Position numbers and translations under genes: made by a program. From the NCBI GenBank assembly GCA_963920595.1, contig OY986948.1, positions 3,348,001 to 3,412,000 of the forward strand: a stretch of 64,000 nt of DNA. The letters run 5' to 3'. Origin of the DNA: Eimeria praecox. Taxonomy: Eukaryota. The stretch's first letter is position 1; each line of letters begins with the position of its first letter. Shown here in pieces: positions 13,401 to 26,825 of this stretch. The notes beneath the pieces were generated by a model. It was given only the letters and a program-made list of their open reading frames with translations. It was not told the DNA's origin and did no database searches.

Positions 13401-16160
13401 GCTCCATGGCGTACAGTGTCGTCTTTTACTGCATCGATCAGGCCTGCCAAAAAAATTGCAAAAGTGTGAGTGTTTTTAAGTGCGGCACATATCTCGCCCG
13501 AAGTAAAAAGGAGTACGCCACAGTAGAAAAGCTCATAGGAAAAGGAAATTGTGCAGTTGAGCGGATAATAGACCTCTCTACCCGTCGCATAGGTGCAGTC
13601 TACACAGACTGTCGGCCTTGCAGAAGTTACCTTGAGTACTAGCCTCGGGCATTGCGCCTAAACAATCCTATATAACTTGTTAGTGCAGTTCAGCATTTTC
13701 ATTGATAAGCGCAAAAGGACATGGATGCATGCAACCTTGTCACTCAGGTGTGGAGCGCAGTCTTGCGCCTCTCATGAGGATGCATTGGAGTATTCAAAAA
13801 CAAACGCCATTGCAGTCAATGCAGCGGTGAGCGGCGAATAGGCTGCAAAAACCTGCGTACAGCCAAGTACGCCGACAATCAGCGGCGCCGTAAAACTTAG
13901 TTTTACCGTAATCTTGTTCAGGGGCTTGAAATCGACGCAGATCACATGCCCCACTTCCCGTCCTTTTCCTTGACTTGTACCGGGTTGTGCCCAAAGGCGC
14001 TATTGACTGCTGAGTCTAGCCGCTTTGTAGCAGTTCTTCCGCTACCAGTCGATTTACTCTTCGGCATAGGGAAGTCCCCGGCACCTTGGAACAAAACCGG
14101 GGACGGGCTCGATGTGGCGCACTGAGCGTCCAGCAAGCGGTCGCCCCGAGAGAAATTCCTTGTTACTGAGTACATGTGAGACAGTTTCCTTCATTGCCGT
14201 GCATTGCTCCTATCCCTCTGGTGCCAAGTAATCCAATTCCTTCAAAACTACGGTCTTTATGAGAACCATCACAAAGGAGTGCATCCATTTCTCCATTATT
14301 TCCCTGTGGCGGCTCGAAGAGCATTTTCGCTCATTTTTCCTGGGGCTACTGATTCCTCTCCTACTGCCGTAGCCGATGCCAAAGCTCTTTGAAGAGCTGA
14401 CTCTCCATAGGAGTCCCGTGCCATATGGCATAGCGTGCCATAGTAGCATGACCAATTTCTGAATAGGGCCCGCATTCTACGCCCATAGAAGTAGCTGTTC
14501 GCGCGTCCTGCTTGCTACCCGGAAAGCTCAGTTGCAGAAGCTGCGCCGACGAATGGACCGGTAGACTGCGCCATTTAGCCGTAGCTTCAGGTATTAGACG
14601 CACTTCGCAGCCTCTGTGGAGGAGCATTATCAACTGCTGACCATTAATACGAACTGGGATAAGCGCTAAGTTGACATGAGGAGGCTCTGCAGGTGCCTAT
14701 GTCATGTCTTTCAGTCCCACAACTACTGGCTCGACCGTTTCCTTGATCGTTTCTTTCGTTCCCCTGGCAGCGCTGCTCGAAGGCTTGCCGCTCCAGGTCC
14801 TTAGCCCTTTTTCATGCGTCGGCAATACGGAATTGCGTGGCATCTGTCTACTGCAAAACCAGAGGTGCATCACAGCGCATCCTACTTTCTGGGTGTCGAA
14901 TCTGCTGGCTGTCGGTTGTCACTTTCTGTGATTTTATAGGAGGAGCGAGCTTGCTTAGCCCCAATATCTATTCGCTGTTCATCAGCTTCGCCGTCTCTTT
15001 TCAGCTGGAATTACGAGAATGGCGTTTATTCTTCCTTTTGGGCGAAGATACGATACATCTCGGTGAGTTCAACCACTTCACCGCCTAGCTCCCTATCTCC
15101 CGCCTACTCGGCCACCTATCGCCTCCCGCCGGAAGAGAGCGGGGCTCTCTTCCGGTCCAGCATTGGGCTTGCGTTCACCAGCGAGTGATACTTCTCTGTG
15201 TAGCATTTTATCGGCATCTTCCCCTGCATACTTTTTCTGAGCTCTGCCATAGCCTGTTTCCTTGCAGAACTGCGAGTAAACCTGAATCGCACGGCATCGC
15301 AGAAGGCTTGCATGGTTGTTCGGTGATCCGGAATATAACCACCATCATCGTGAATGCCCTAATAATACAGAAGATAGCAATATGCTTCCGGTGCTTTTTG
15401 AAGACAAAGATTAGAGGCCGAGGGAACCAAGGAACTCCTCCATTCCCTCCGCATCTCGTCTCTCGTCATATCTGGATGGTCGACAGATGCGCAGGCATTC
15501 TTCCTGAATTGTTGTTTGCGGAAGTGCTCTTTCCCCGGATGGAACGCGGAAATCGAGCTCGTTCTGCTCAGTGAGTCTCCAGAGAGCAGGTTGCCTTCCC
15601 AGCCGAAGGCAGACAATAAGCAATATCCATTGAACAAAAAGAAGAGGTTGAGGTATTGATAAGGATTTTCCAGAGAAGTGTTCAACGGATTTTACTTATT
15701 TTCTTCGCTTTTTCAAGTTGGCTGCTGTATCTGCTGTATGATAATCTTCCCTGAAGCGGCGGGTTGGTTTGTTGCCCGTACCTGGCCCAATGAAAAAGGG
15801 GGCGCTACTAATTGCAATGAGAGCTCCTGATGACCCGATGATCGGTCGCCACGTGCAGTAAAGTCAAAGGCTTACAGGAGGAGAGCGCAAAAAGCATCTG
15901 AACTCCCCTCCAGCCTGCTGCACTCCTGGGCAGAGCGGCCCAATGGTCTGGGTACACGCTTTTGCCCTGCAGTGCCCCTTGGTGCAGCTAGTACGGGAAG
16001 GCAGCCGCACATGCACGGGCCTGTGCCCCTTCGCTGCGTGCAGTGGCACCCTGTACTGTAGTGAATACTGACTCTCAACACTTCCTTGATCCTTCATTGC
16101 TGGCCTGTGATCAAGAAGGGATACAAGGGCGAGCGCCAACATCACGCACCTGCGCTATAA
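10440..16160 (-). mobile_element. Decayed near-full-length Ty3/gypsy (chromovirus-like) LTR retrotransposon
   Basis: Minus-strand relics in canonical order: LTR-like segment (~15860-16160), gag (AMAELRKSMQGKMPIKCYTEKYHSLVNASP, ~15150-15260), protease (VRINGQQLIMLLHRGCEV, ~14600-14660), RT (KEKDGKWGM/CVDFKPLNKITVK, ~13900-13975; SKCEF ~13250), integrase Zn region (VGFTTTK...IWWHSLPCLVKQ...GLLRPI, ~11650-11810) and NGGQEEQRV (~11330-11355). Many stops and frameshifts. Confidence 0.8.
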
Positions 16161-16656
16161 ACGCTGCAGTGTACCTGAAACTCAGTAGAGGGGGCTAAAG
16201 TATCAATCGATTTGTTACTGAGGCACGAATGAGCTTACATTCCGAATAACTCAACAGATGGACTCTGTGTAATGCTAAAGCTACGATGCTAAAAGCACAC
16301 GCGACTGTAGTCTGCCATTTTGCACACGCGGCAGCATGCTTCGGGTTAGTTGAACTCGCTTATATTGCACCCGATCCCTTTGAAAGTATACATATTTTGT
16401 CTTGTTGTCGGAATTTAAACTATAATTTGTTGTTTATATGTAGCATTCACCAGTGTGACCGTTTGCATTGAGTACGCGTAAGAGCTCAGTAGGCAGTGGG
16501 TCCACTGCACTGCATGCATAGCGCAGCACGGGCACCGTTGAGTTTGCTCGAACTGCTCTTCATCGACTACATTTTCACGAGGGGCACCTATTGAGCCTCT
16601 TTTGGCTAAATATCGCCTTTTGTAGTAGATGCGCGTAGCCAGGGAGTTTCGCAGCA

Positions 16657-17705
16657 ATGGTTAAGAGCAGGGGCTTCAAGCCCCAGGGTCTCCAATTAAA
16701 TCCAATAAAACGAGTGGCCAGTGGCGGGTGAGAATTGGTGACAGTACATATCTGTTCATCACTTTGGATCAGTAGCTGAATCCTCCAAACTTGTGTGGCT
16801 CGCATGCTTCGCACATCTGCTCCACGTAGAGCCTATGGGGGTTCGGGCCAAAGAGGAAATCAGGGTGTTTTCAGCCAAAAAATGGCACATCAGGGCAAGC
16901 ACTATCTGCATTTTTACTGATGTGAAAGCGTGCAGAGAGGTATCGGCCAAGCATAACCGTCAGGTGGTTCTGCAGGTAGATGCCCCGAACGCTCCTCCAT
17001 AAACGTGTCGTTGCGATTGTTTAGGCCCTCCCTTGCGGAGAAGCTCGGAAGGAATTCGCGGCCAACATGGGATCAGCTGCATAAGATGCTCAAGAAAAAG
17101 GAAGCATCAAATAGCGAGTTCCTCGAGAAATATGAAAATGAATGTTTTAGTAGGGAATTGCAGGTACGGTTCTTGCATTTGCTCAGTCTGTATCGATAGA
17201 GAGCACATGCAGTTGCTTTTGCACGCGCTTCTGCACTACACGTGAAGATTCAAAGTAGACAAGCCAGTCCATGGGGTGACGTGGGTGTCCGGTTATCTAA
17301 AGTATGCTGGCTGTTCAGAACTTCCGAAATTCGAAAATCGAGGAGCAGGAGAGGCAGCATCTAGAAGCTGTCAAGAAAGAGGCAAAGAAGCGGCAGCGCC
17401 GAGATAGCTCCAGCAGTGACAGTAGTTCAAGCGGCGACGAGAAGTCTCGCAAGAAGAAGCGCAAGAGAGAAAAGGACAAGAAACGGAAACAGAAGAAGCA
17501 GAAAAAGGTAATGCTGGGCAGGGTGTGTGTGTCCTAACGCGCTCTCTTGTTGACTGTGGAAAATTTGATGTGGCTTAAACTCCATTTAGATGCTTCTGGG
17601 CTGTTACAGGCAAAGACATCGGGCCAAGCCGACGAGAGCGCCACTGAAAGCGTCACGCACAACCCTTTCCGGCTTTCAACCTTCTTTGAAATGGAGAAGG
17701 AATGA
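16657..17705 (+). CDS. FAM133-like small Lys/Ser-rich nuclear protein; 4 exons (16657-16727, 17025-17163, 17319-17507, 17610-17705)
   Basis: Spliced translation MVKSRGFKPQGLQLNPIKRVASG-GPSLAEKLGRNSRPTWDQLHKMLKKK... matches the FAM133 NPI...GP...RPTW motif, followed by a poly-Ser/poly-Lys tail. GT-AG sites are in phase. Confidence 0.75.
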
Positions 17706-18230
17706 AGTGATGGCATATCCATAAATCAAATGTCCCGGCGATTCTCCAGCCAAATGGAAGACCACGCATCAAAACAGATGCCGTTAAGGGAGGTCTATTT
17801 TGTTCCACCGCTTGATTTCAAGGTGCTATTCGAGCTAGCTTTTAGTTGCCGCAAGGATGAGAGCTGTGCAATAAATCTCTACATAAGAAATTAGCAGCGG
17901 TACCCTCAAATGCTGTAAAACGGAGTCTCTTAGCAAGCAAGAGGGGGAGTTCGTAGTTACAGAATTTCAAGGGACGCCCAGAAGATGCCCCCGGAGGGCG
18001 CCTAACGGGCAACCGTCTTTAGCCGGGAGCCGATTTTGATCGCCTTCTTGGGATTTTTGTGCAACCAGTTACGTAGGGAGATTTTGCGGGACGGATAACG
18101 TGAATTTGTGGGCAGTTTGGCTCTTACGAAGTTGATGCACGCAGCCGGCATGCAACTCGTTAAGATTGCAGAATTCTTCTGACGGCTAAGCATCGAGGCA
18201 ACAGCATGCGGAATGTCAGGTGGCGGTTGG

Positions 18231-21200
18231 CTAGGTCGCATTCAACCCTAAACAGTGCACATTCATCCTTGAGGGCGTCATGCGTCCGTTGTACTGGGGA
18301 GAAACGCCACGAAAGCGATGATCCATTGCGGGGCCCGGATTAGTCCCTTGCCTCAAATGCAACGGGAAGGAACACAGTGCATAATTCTGCACAGCCACTT
18401 GCGGATCCCTGAATTTGGAAGAGAAAGAAGCTTGCAGGTGTGGATTCATTTGAGTATATAACGTCTGCTGAGGCGGGTGCGCACACTGCTGCAACAGTTG
18501 CTGCCTATGGGTGCGCTGCCGGTTGAGGTGCTCCTTGAGTTCTTGGCTTCTTGGGAGAATGTGGGCACCTTGAGGCATGCAGAGACGTTGTTGCCGACCC
18601 TCCCCTGCAGTTTTCAAATCCCCACCATTGCCTACTTCCGGCTGCACATCCGCGTGCTGCCGCTCGCCTGGTTGTTGCTCCTTGCTTTGATAGCCTGAAG
18701 GAGAAGATTCACGTCGCTCATCTGCCCAGGGCCCCGCTTGCTGCTGTTGTGGGTGCTTCAAATCTGATTCCGGCAGCTGGCTCATTGGCGGGCTAGCTTG
18801 TGCTTCCTGGACAACATGAGTTGGGTGGTGGTACTGCGGGGTCGTGGGACGCTGCTGGCATAATGTTCGGAAACCGTGCTGCTGCTCCGTAAGGCTTGGA
18901 ATCTGACATATCGCGTCTTCAGCATGCCCCGAGTCTTGTGACAGCTTTTGCAGGGGTGCGAATGTTGCAGCTTCTAAAGGAGGCTGGCGCCGTGTTTGTG
19001 CTGTCCTGCTTAATGGCTCTTTTCCGTCAATTCCTCTCAGTGTTTCCCGCATCCCCTGCAGCTTTTTCAACGCCCACGTGCCGAGTGGTGGGCTGGGCCC
19101 TAACTGAGTTAGCCCAGTGGGAGTTTCCCCGTGTGCCGTGGCCTGATTGAGAATCCCCACTAGTTGCTGGTCTACAAGCAACAACTGGTGTTCAAGATCC
19201 CTCGTCCTTTCTTGATTTGCAGCGAGCTCGTTTTGCAGTCTCATTTGCTCCTCTTCAGCGCATGCCTTGGCTTTGGCATGCTCTGCAGCAAGCAGCTGTA
19301 GCTGACGACGCTCCTTGGAAATCCTGTCCAGCTCGTGCTGCACCCGCTGCCTCTCTTTGTCATCCCCGTGCTGTGCGGGTGGACTAATGTCCTTGCAACT
19401 TTTTTGTTTAAGCTCTTCTTGCAACTCGATTATCTGCTGACGGAGAGCGCCCAGTTCCTGCGTATGTTTATGTTGCTCTTCAGAGGAACGCCTTTCAAGG
19501 TGCTTGCACCAATCGTCCCTTGCCTGTACTTGCTTCTGTAACCCCTCGACGAGTTGTATTAATTCTTGAACTTGGTGTTCACTTTCACGGTCTCGATAAC
19601 CCATAGCCTCTTGGCTTCTTTCTTCCTGTAAAGCACAGATTGAAGGAGCCAGCGGGGATTTGACTGTCAGGAGGCCCGTGGTTGCAAGAAATCACAGTCA
19701 GAAACGGCATGAAGAGCCTATAACAAGCACGCTATACTATCATTTAGGCCTTTCAACAACTAATGGCATGCCCTTGACTTCATCAGACTAAATAACGTAC
19801 AACATGCCTGGCATAGCTCTGTAGCTGCGTTGCTGATTTGCTGTTGGTATCCTTGAAGAAGGGAAAACTAAGCACAACTAGGTTGCTAAAGCGCAGGCTG
19901 ATTGCCAAGAATTCCGCCGTCTTGTCTCATTTGCATGAGGGTGATATTATCTACAATGCAGGAGATAGCTCATTGCCAGTGTGGATGCGCATAGCCAAGC
20001 GCAGTTTACGAGCTGCAAAGTGCTGGCGGGAAATGCTGCAGGTGCCTTGGCTTGCTGTTTTTCCCGTGGTTGTGTATGGCTCACCCTGACAGTAGACTGG
20101 CATTGTTTCTCGTGTTGATTCTGGCATAGGCGTTGCTGTGAATGAGCTCGAAGCGACAGCCACCCAAGTAAGAGGAGTTGGTATTGCTGTGCCGCTTTTT
20201 GGGAAACACTTTCCGAGACACGAGCAAGGCGCAGCGCTTGTGTGACGCGACGGTGCCGTTTCACCTGGGCTGCTTGTGCCCAAACAAGCAAAACCAGCCT
20301 GAATGGTAAACAGAACTGTTGGAAGCGTCAGTGGCAGCATGATTGAGGGAAGTGAGGCACATGTCAAGCTAGTTAATCGAGTGGCGCACAGCAGTCAAAC
20401 TTGCGCAAGCTAGAGCAGTTCCTTTAGCGGTCCACTCACCTCTTTGTGAGATGATCTTGCTGACGAGCAGCTTGAACGCTGAGCCATTTAACAGCCTTTG
20501 CTGTAAAAGAAAGGTCGCGCATACTACGAGAAGAGTGTCCTTGTTGAGTGGGATCATCTGGCGGGAAGCCTTGAGGTTGGGTTAATTCCACCGAGCAACT
20601 TTGAGGAGTCTTCGATTTGGGTTGTTCTACTTCTTTTGCTGGAACAGTCTGAATGCTTCCTCTTCCTTCAGTTGCGAATGTCTGTGAATTGTCATTAGAG
20701 GTATGTTGATTTTTCAGTGGCTTATTGAGAGCTGCTTGGGGAACTGGCGTGATTTCTCGCTGTTCAGCACGTCCGGCAAGTATGGACTCGTGTGAAGGAG
20801 CCAGACGATATTCCCCTTGCTGTTGCTGGCGGTGGCGCCTCTGGCTAAGTAGTAGCTGCGCACGGGTCATTAAGCAGTCAAGTCTCCGGATGCTGGTTGT
20901 GAGGGTGCTCTTACGATCATCTGAGAGCGAAGGAAGGCGTACCGAGGAGTCTAACGGAACCAGCCCTTCAATCGGCATGCAGGAGGCCACAGAATGGGCA
21001 GACTTCGCGCCGCTGTTTGCAAGAGTTGCTGCAAGGCGGTGGGTGTCGTCTCCACGAACCGAAACGCTGTCATCAGGAGACAGCTCTGGCTCGCCAGAGA
21101 ACTCTGTCGTCCGTTCTGCGGTCGTTTTACCGGCGGCGGGGGCCCAGCGCTCCTGCAGAACTCGGGTTCGGCTGCAGCTTACACTATGGGAGTGCAGACT

Positions 21201-23040
21201 TAGGTTTCCACTGTTTTGTTGCTCAATAAACGTTCTGTTCGATGCCACCACTCCGCATACACTTGAAGGCCGCTGGGTGCTCCTAAGACCCAATCCGGAA
21301 ACAAGCCGTTGAGACTGTTGTGGCTTTTTAGAAGTAGAACTGCGCGAACTCCGATCCCTTTCTCCCCTTGCAGCAGCCGCTATCGCCGATGCAGCCAAAA
21401 CCGCAGCCACGGAGAGTTCTTGTTGGCGCCGCTGGTGCCGCTGCCGCTGTTGTTCCGTCGGCAAATGGTTTGAGGCAACGCTAGCAGTTGATCTAGCGAT
21501 GTCTGCTGCGGTCTGCTGCCTGCGGCTTGGGGAGACCAGCTGCTTTCCTACATCCTTCCCACTCGATTCTGTGGGGGTAGCTGCACTATTAGAGCATTGC
21601 TCATGGCTAATTGGTGCATCGTGGCGGCAACCCCCCACAGCACGAGCGTTGCCCAACGGCTCCAAATTGGAATTTGATGAATACGGCGCCTCATTGCCAG
21701 GGAGAGTCTCTGCTTTCGTGGCATCCTGTTGAGCTTGTGGGCCATTAGGACATTGATTTCTTTGCGTCCTCTTATCATTATCTTGAGGCTCACAAGGATT
21801 TACGGATCTTTGGAGGGTCGTTGAAGCTATCGAAGGAGAAGCTGGAGCAGCCAATGCCGCTTGAAGTATTGCATCGGACGTAGGTAAGAATGACCCGCCA
21901 CTGCCGCTAAGGCGAAACAGCATTACGTTACACCGATTCGCACCAGTAGTACTGGCACTGAGTCCATCCACGAAGTGCTTCTCTAACGTCTCCAAGGAGG
22001 CCGTAGGACTTAGCACTGCAGCGAGCTCTTGCTCCCCTTCCGCTTCGATTTGACCCGGCAAGCCAGCATGATTTTTTGAGTTGGGAGAAAGATGCGTAAC
22101 TGGAAGCCGGAGCTTGACTTCCTGCTGCCTTTCCGTGATATTCACACAGTGAAGGGGAACGTGAAGGACACCAAGCAAGTCATTGGGGCGTGGCGGCGGC
22201 GTCGACGCATTTTTCCTGTGATTGACTCCATCAGAAAAGACAGGGGTAGAGCTATTAGAGGCTAAACGACTGCGAAAAACTCCGATAGCCAAGACCTGCA
22301 TGACACAAAAAGGCAGGTGCAATACCTGTTTGGCCGACGATGAGGGGTATTTGATGGTATTGAGCTCTACTAATAATAGGGGAAAAGATGACCTGCATGC
22401 GTTTACTTACAAAAATAGATTGAAGTTCATCATCTCTGTATAAGCTTCCCTTTCCAGCACCTTCATCCCGTGTGTTTGCATGCCTTTCAAGCACTGGGAC
22501 GCCTTCAATTACTAGTGGCCCTTGCCCCCAAGTGCTCGACACAAGAGTTGGCGGCGGCAAAGGAAGGCTATTTTGCCATTCATTGGCAGATTGTGCAGAA
22601 GAATCAGATGAGTACACTACACCTTCAGTGAAGCTGTACTTGTAAACTGCACAGTACAAATTTGGCGTCCCACAAGAAACATTGCTGCCACGCCACCTTG
22701 CCGGGCCCGTTATCACGCCCCTCATCACGAGGGTCCTCACAGCCCTTGTGTGGTCAAACTGAAGGGATACGGAAGAAAACTGAGGCCGTATTCGTTCGAA
22801 ACAGCCATTCTCGCCCTGCGCAGTATGATGAACAATCGCGTCCTCCGACTGAGCACAGCATTGATGATTTTGAGAAGAGGGCCGGGATAGATGGTGCGGC
22901 GTTGATGGGCGCAAGGGCGTAGCAGCTGGATCAACTGCTGCAGAGCAGATTGCGGCTTCTGACATTGCCCGCTCAATATCCGAGTTCTCAGTGAGCCGCC
23001 GAAAGATGGAGCAACTGGCCACTGGGGTGTTAGATACACC
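18231..23040 (-). CDS. Large multi-exon hypothetical protein: C2-like N-terminal region, low-complexity middle, C-terminal coiled coil and Gln-rich tail; 5' end uncertain
   Basis: Long ORFs 22255-23064, 20436-22322, 19947-20291 and 18231-19604 are on one strand with plausible splice sites. The segment VLAIGVFR...NDLLGVLHVPLHCV resembles C2 strands; QVQELIQLVEGLQKQV... is heptad-rich. Confidence 0.65.
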
Positions 23041-24965
23041 TACAAGGCAGAGATCATTATGCATTAGGCACCTTGAATAAATTAAAGGTGGATGTTACCC
23101 CCTCCGCAGTCGATTTCGTTGTTTGGCCACTCATACATGCTACAAGCCACTGCACTCCTGACCAGTGGGCCAAGAGGCCCGAAGAGCCCAAAACCTTGGT
23201 TACACCTTCCTCGGTACTGTTTTAGCCTTTCTCGAACAAAAGCGCCCTTCAGTACAGCGAAAATTTCGTACAGGAAGGCGTGGACGCTAGAATTTCCATA
23301 TCTCCGCTAGTGCGCGGACGAGGAGGTCATTGTGAGCAAATAAAGCAAGCTGAGCTACTCTCCTCCTTCCAGAGGCGGCAACGTATAGTGAATGCCGATT
23401 CATATAGCATATGGGAAAGAAGACCAGCAAAAAGCTTTTACGAGAGCTTCGAAACTCTGCCTGCCGCACTGTGCGCAGCTCTCGGGCGGCCTCATGACCG
23501 TTCGGCCCCTTCAGACAAAGTACAGCAAAAGGTGAGGCGGGGCCTTCTACATTCGTATCATCAGTGAAGGCTAAGATAAAAGGTCATATTAATGCTTGTT
23601 TCATAATTCTGAGGAATCCATACCGTAGCACGACGAAGTAGGAGAGCGCCTCAAGTCGCTGGTGCCTTTGCGGTCAGCCAAACGATCCCACATTTTTGGC
23701 CACGTACAGCTTTTAGCAATGATCATAATGCGATCCGCTGCCTTTTTTATCCTTGGTTACTCCATTCGAAGCATCTTTTGGGGATTTCCTCCTCACCTTC
23801 CTGTATGTCTAGCATTTATGTGACGCAGGTAAAGTGGAAGCACCAGGCCAAAGGAGGCACGCTCGTACCATGTTAACGCAACTTCTACACTGAAAAGTGT
23901 TAACACTGAGTTTTGACAGTATAACGGCTTCAAGTATTGGATAGATGATACTTGTCTAACTGGGGATTACGTTCGTCTGAAGCAACGAGGAGACCTGTGG
24001 AAGGTCACAATTCCAGCTTGTCTTCGATGACGCATTCGTTCTCTTCAAATAAGATGCATCTACAGTGGCTGGCTAGCTGTATTTCAGTGCCCAGGACGCC
24101 CTGAAAGGCGTTCACACCCAGCGCATGATTTGCGCCAAGAGATTGTGTCTCCTAACGAATTCGCCGTAGCCTCCTTTGGAAGAAGCTACACAGCTGTGCT
24201 CCTCCATCATCCTCCAACTAAGTACATTCAAATAAGTAACTGTGGACGTGCTGGCTCGCAAAAAAGACTAATTTCGACATGTCCTGCACTCTGCTGCGCC
24301 TCCTGAAAGCGCCACATATTACAAATCCCTCGCAGCGCCGAGTTCAAGCCAGCCCTGCAGTCGTGTGCCGAAAAAGCCTGCGTATGGGAAATAATTGTAG
24401 AGCACTCAATTGTGGGCACCACCAAAGTCGTCCTCAAACCAGAGACGTCTATCCCCTTTCTGAAATATGCTACTCCCTCAATTCTACCAAAACCAGCTAA
24501 ACTTTAGACCCAGGGTCCTTCAGTGAAACGAATTCCCGCAGGTGCTAGTTCGATGTGCTTGCTCTGCATATGGAACTTCTCATGGTGCACGGTATGATCC
24601 TGGGCCAAATTGGTGCACTGTGAGGTGATGCCACAGGTATTCGCTTCAGAGTACACTGCGGCTGAAAAGGCATACGCGAGCAACTTCAACGTTTTCGTCC
24701 ACACCACTCACATGATGACAGCCGGTGTCCCCCGAAGAGAGAGACGGCAAGACAAAAGCATGTACCGTGAGACAGTCGGAATCTGGCATTGCAGTACAGA
24801 GGAATTTAAAACTTGTTGATTAAGCAAGGGAGCAGCAATTGCAGCTAATGCATCTAGCTCTTCCCCGCCCCATATTAGGTGGGTCTAGGTCTATCTGTGC
24901 AACGCGGATCGAGCCGGTAGCTCTGGAAAATACAGCGAGAGCATCAATAAGCTACTCGTTAGAAA

Positions 24966-26825
24966 TCACTCGGCACTTTCTGACAATACAAGCTCTTCCA
25001 GAGCTTGCCGCACCAAGTAAAGCAGCACCTCCGTTGGCAAAGATGAAGCATTGCTGGAGCCTGAACACGCTGCCTGCTGAGTTGAGGGAAGGTTAAAAGA
25101 CGCATCCGGAGATACCCTGCTCGCTAGCAGTCTAGCTGCTGTCATCATCGCCAAATCCCCTTGTCCAGTCGTAGTTAAGCTCGGCTGGATCGCACTTTGG
25201 GAAGATTGGTATGGTGAAGAGGTACTAGCGCCATCCAGATATTCGTCGCTATTGTTGATGGGCAAAGACATCGAAGCGCTGTCTCCCCTCTGTGGCTGGG
25301 TTCCTGTAGTGCTGCTAAGAACAGCTGAATTGGCATATGTCGAAGTTGTCTCCTGTTCATCCGAGTCGTCGTCTTCACCGCTTGCATCGCCCGAAGCGAC
25401 GTTACTTTCCGGCAAAAAGAACCGATTTTTCTTAGACGGTTGCACCTGTGAAGCCACGCTGACCGACGGCATTCTACCGTATCGCTTGGTTAGGCCGTTT
25501 CTCCCAGACCTGCGAGCTCGTTGCCAACGTCTTCTTGAAGCAGCCTGCGCTGTCGGTTTCTCTGTGGTAGGCGCTGCACCAACCCTGGAACGTCTTGAAA
25601 CCTTAGTTCGCTTCCGGTGCCCTTTTGACTGAGCCTCAGCTACGTCGCTGCCGCGGCGGTGAGTCCTGTGAGTAAGAGGGCTTCGATGGCGGTGTGGCAA
25701 AGTGTTAATGCGCCTACGTTCAATCCGTTGCTGCCGCAGACCACTCTTCTGTCTTTCGGAGTTGCTGCTGCTGCTGTCGCTCCCCGAGTGACTTCTTCGC
25801 AGCTCCAGCCTAGCGTCCGTGCTACTGCTGGGCACGTCGTCCGTGAAGGTATCCGTTATGGGCGTTGAATTTCCTGACCCCCGTTCCCCTGCATAGTCAG
25901 CATCCAGCTCAGAAGAAGAGCCGTAGTACACTGAAGGAGCTGGCGAATAACGACGCCATTGCGAAACATTGCCTTCCCTCCCCTCCGCCGCACCACTACG
26001 CTGCCATGTTCCATTTTTGGAGACAGGCCTTGGCTCTACTTCATGCAGCGGGCCCTGCGGAGAGTCAGCACCTGAGAAAGTCAAAAATGGATCGTAGCTT
26101 GCCGAAAAGTTCATAGAATTGAAAGATGCCTCAGATTCGCTTGGCTTCTTGGCACTGCCATCGAAAAGCAAGCCGTCTCTGTCAAAGGCACCACTGTTGG
26201 ACCCATCGTATGTTTCCCGTTCAATTTCCGAATGGAACGAGTTCTGCGACTGGGTAGAAGCCTCTGATGCTCGTGAAGCTTGAATTCTCAGTCGACTGGG
26301 CCTTCGCGGGAGAAAATCATCATCCCAAGAAAGCTGCATGGAGGCGCCATCCCTCCTTGCCCATTGACAGCCTGCCCGGAGAAGCTTTTCCCTCAAAGGA
26401 TCTACTGCAGAAGTTAGCACAACGAGCAGAGCCAGCGCAGCCAAGCCTAGCCAATATGTGCCAGACTTAGCTAAGGCGTGGAGCCGGCTGAACTTCTTGC
26501 CCACGGGTGACTCGTGCTTCTTATATGCACTGTCCGTGCCGAAATGATGGCGGAGCCTGCCCTCAGATGAAGGAAAGCGTTCCACGGGAGGAAAACTGGG
26601 ATGTGCAGCTGTGACTGAGGAAAGTGAAGGGGAGATGGAGATCGTCGCTGTGTTCCATACGAAGGGAGAGCTTTCCGTCTCACCCGGAGAAGCGGCATCG
26701 CTTTCAGTGGAAATGCTCCCCTGATGGTAGACACGGCTTTGCAAGTCATTGTTGATCCTCGATACTGGCTGGAGCTCCCCAAATGAAAAGCTCACCCCAT
26801 CGAGTTCGTTAAACGCAGATGGCAT
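24966..26825 (-). CDS. Hypothetical protein with one hydrophobic segment and Ser/Arg-rich low-complexity regions; may have further 3' exons
   Basis: 621-codon ORF with first ATG at 26825 (MPSAFNEL), hydrophobic stretch WLGLAALALLVVLTSAV and basic clusters HRKRTKVSRRSR and RRRWQRARRSGR. Confidence 0.65.
   Translation of the reverse strand: MPSAFNELDGVSFSFGELQPVSRINNDLQSRVYHQGSISTESDAASPGETESSPFVWNTATISISPSLSSVTAAHPSFPPVERFPSSEGRLRHHFGTDSAYKKHESPVGKKFSRLHALAKSGTYWLGLAALALLVVLTSAVDPLREKLLRAGCQWARRDGASMQLSWDDDFLPRRPSRLRIQASRASEASTQSQNSFHSEIERETYDGSNSGAFDRDGLLFDGSAKKPSESEASFNSMNFSASYDPFLTFSGADSPQGPLHEVEPRPVSKNGTWQRSGAAEGREGNVSQWRRYSPAPSVYYGSSSELDADYAGERGSGNSTPITDTFTDDVPSSSTDARLELRRSHSGSDSSSSNSERQKSGLRQQRIERRRINTLPHRHRSPLTHRTHRRGSDVAEAQSKGHRKRTKVSRRSRVGAAPTTEKPTAQAASRRRWQRARRSGRNGLTKRYGRMPSVSVASQVQPSKKNRFFLPESNVASGDASGEDDDSDEQETTSTYANSAVLSSTTGTQPQRGDSASMSLPINNSDEYLDGASTSSPYQSSQSAIQPSLTTTGQGDLAMMTAARLLASRVSPDASFNLPSTQQAACSGSSNASSLPTEVLLYLVRQALEELVLSESAE

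Noticed and set aside
20725..21312. Antisense ORFs over long coding exons (also 25252-25632, 34295-34738, 56821-57330)
   Set aside because: Shadow ORFs of real genes on the opposite strand.
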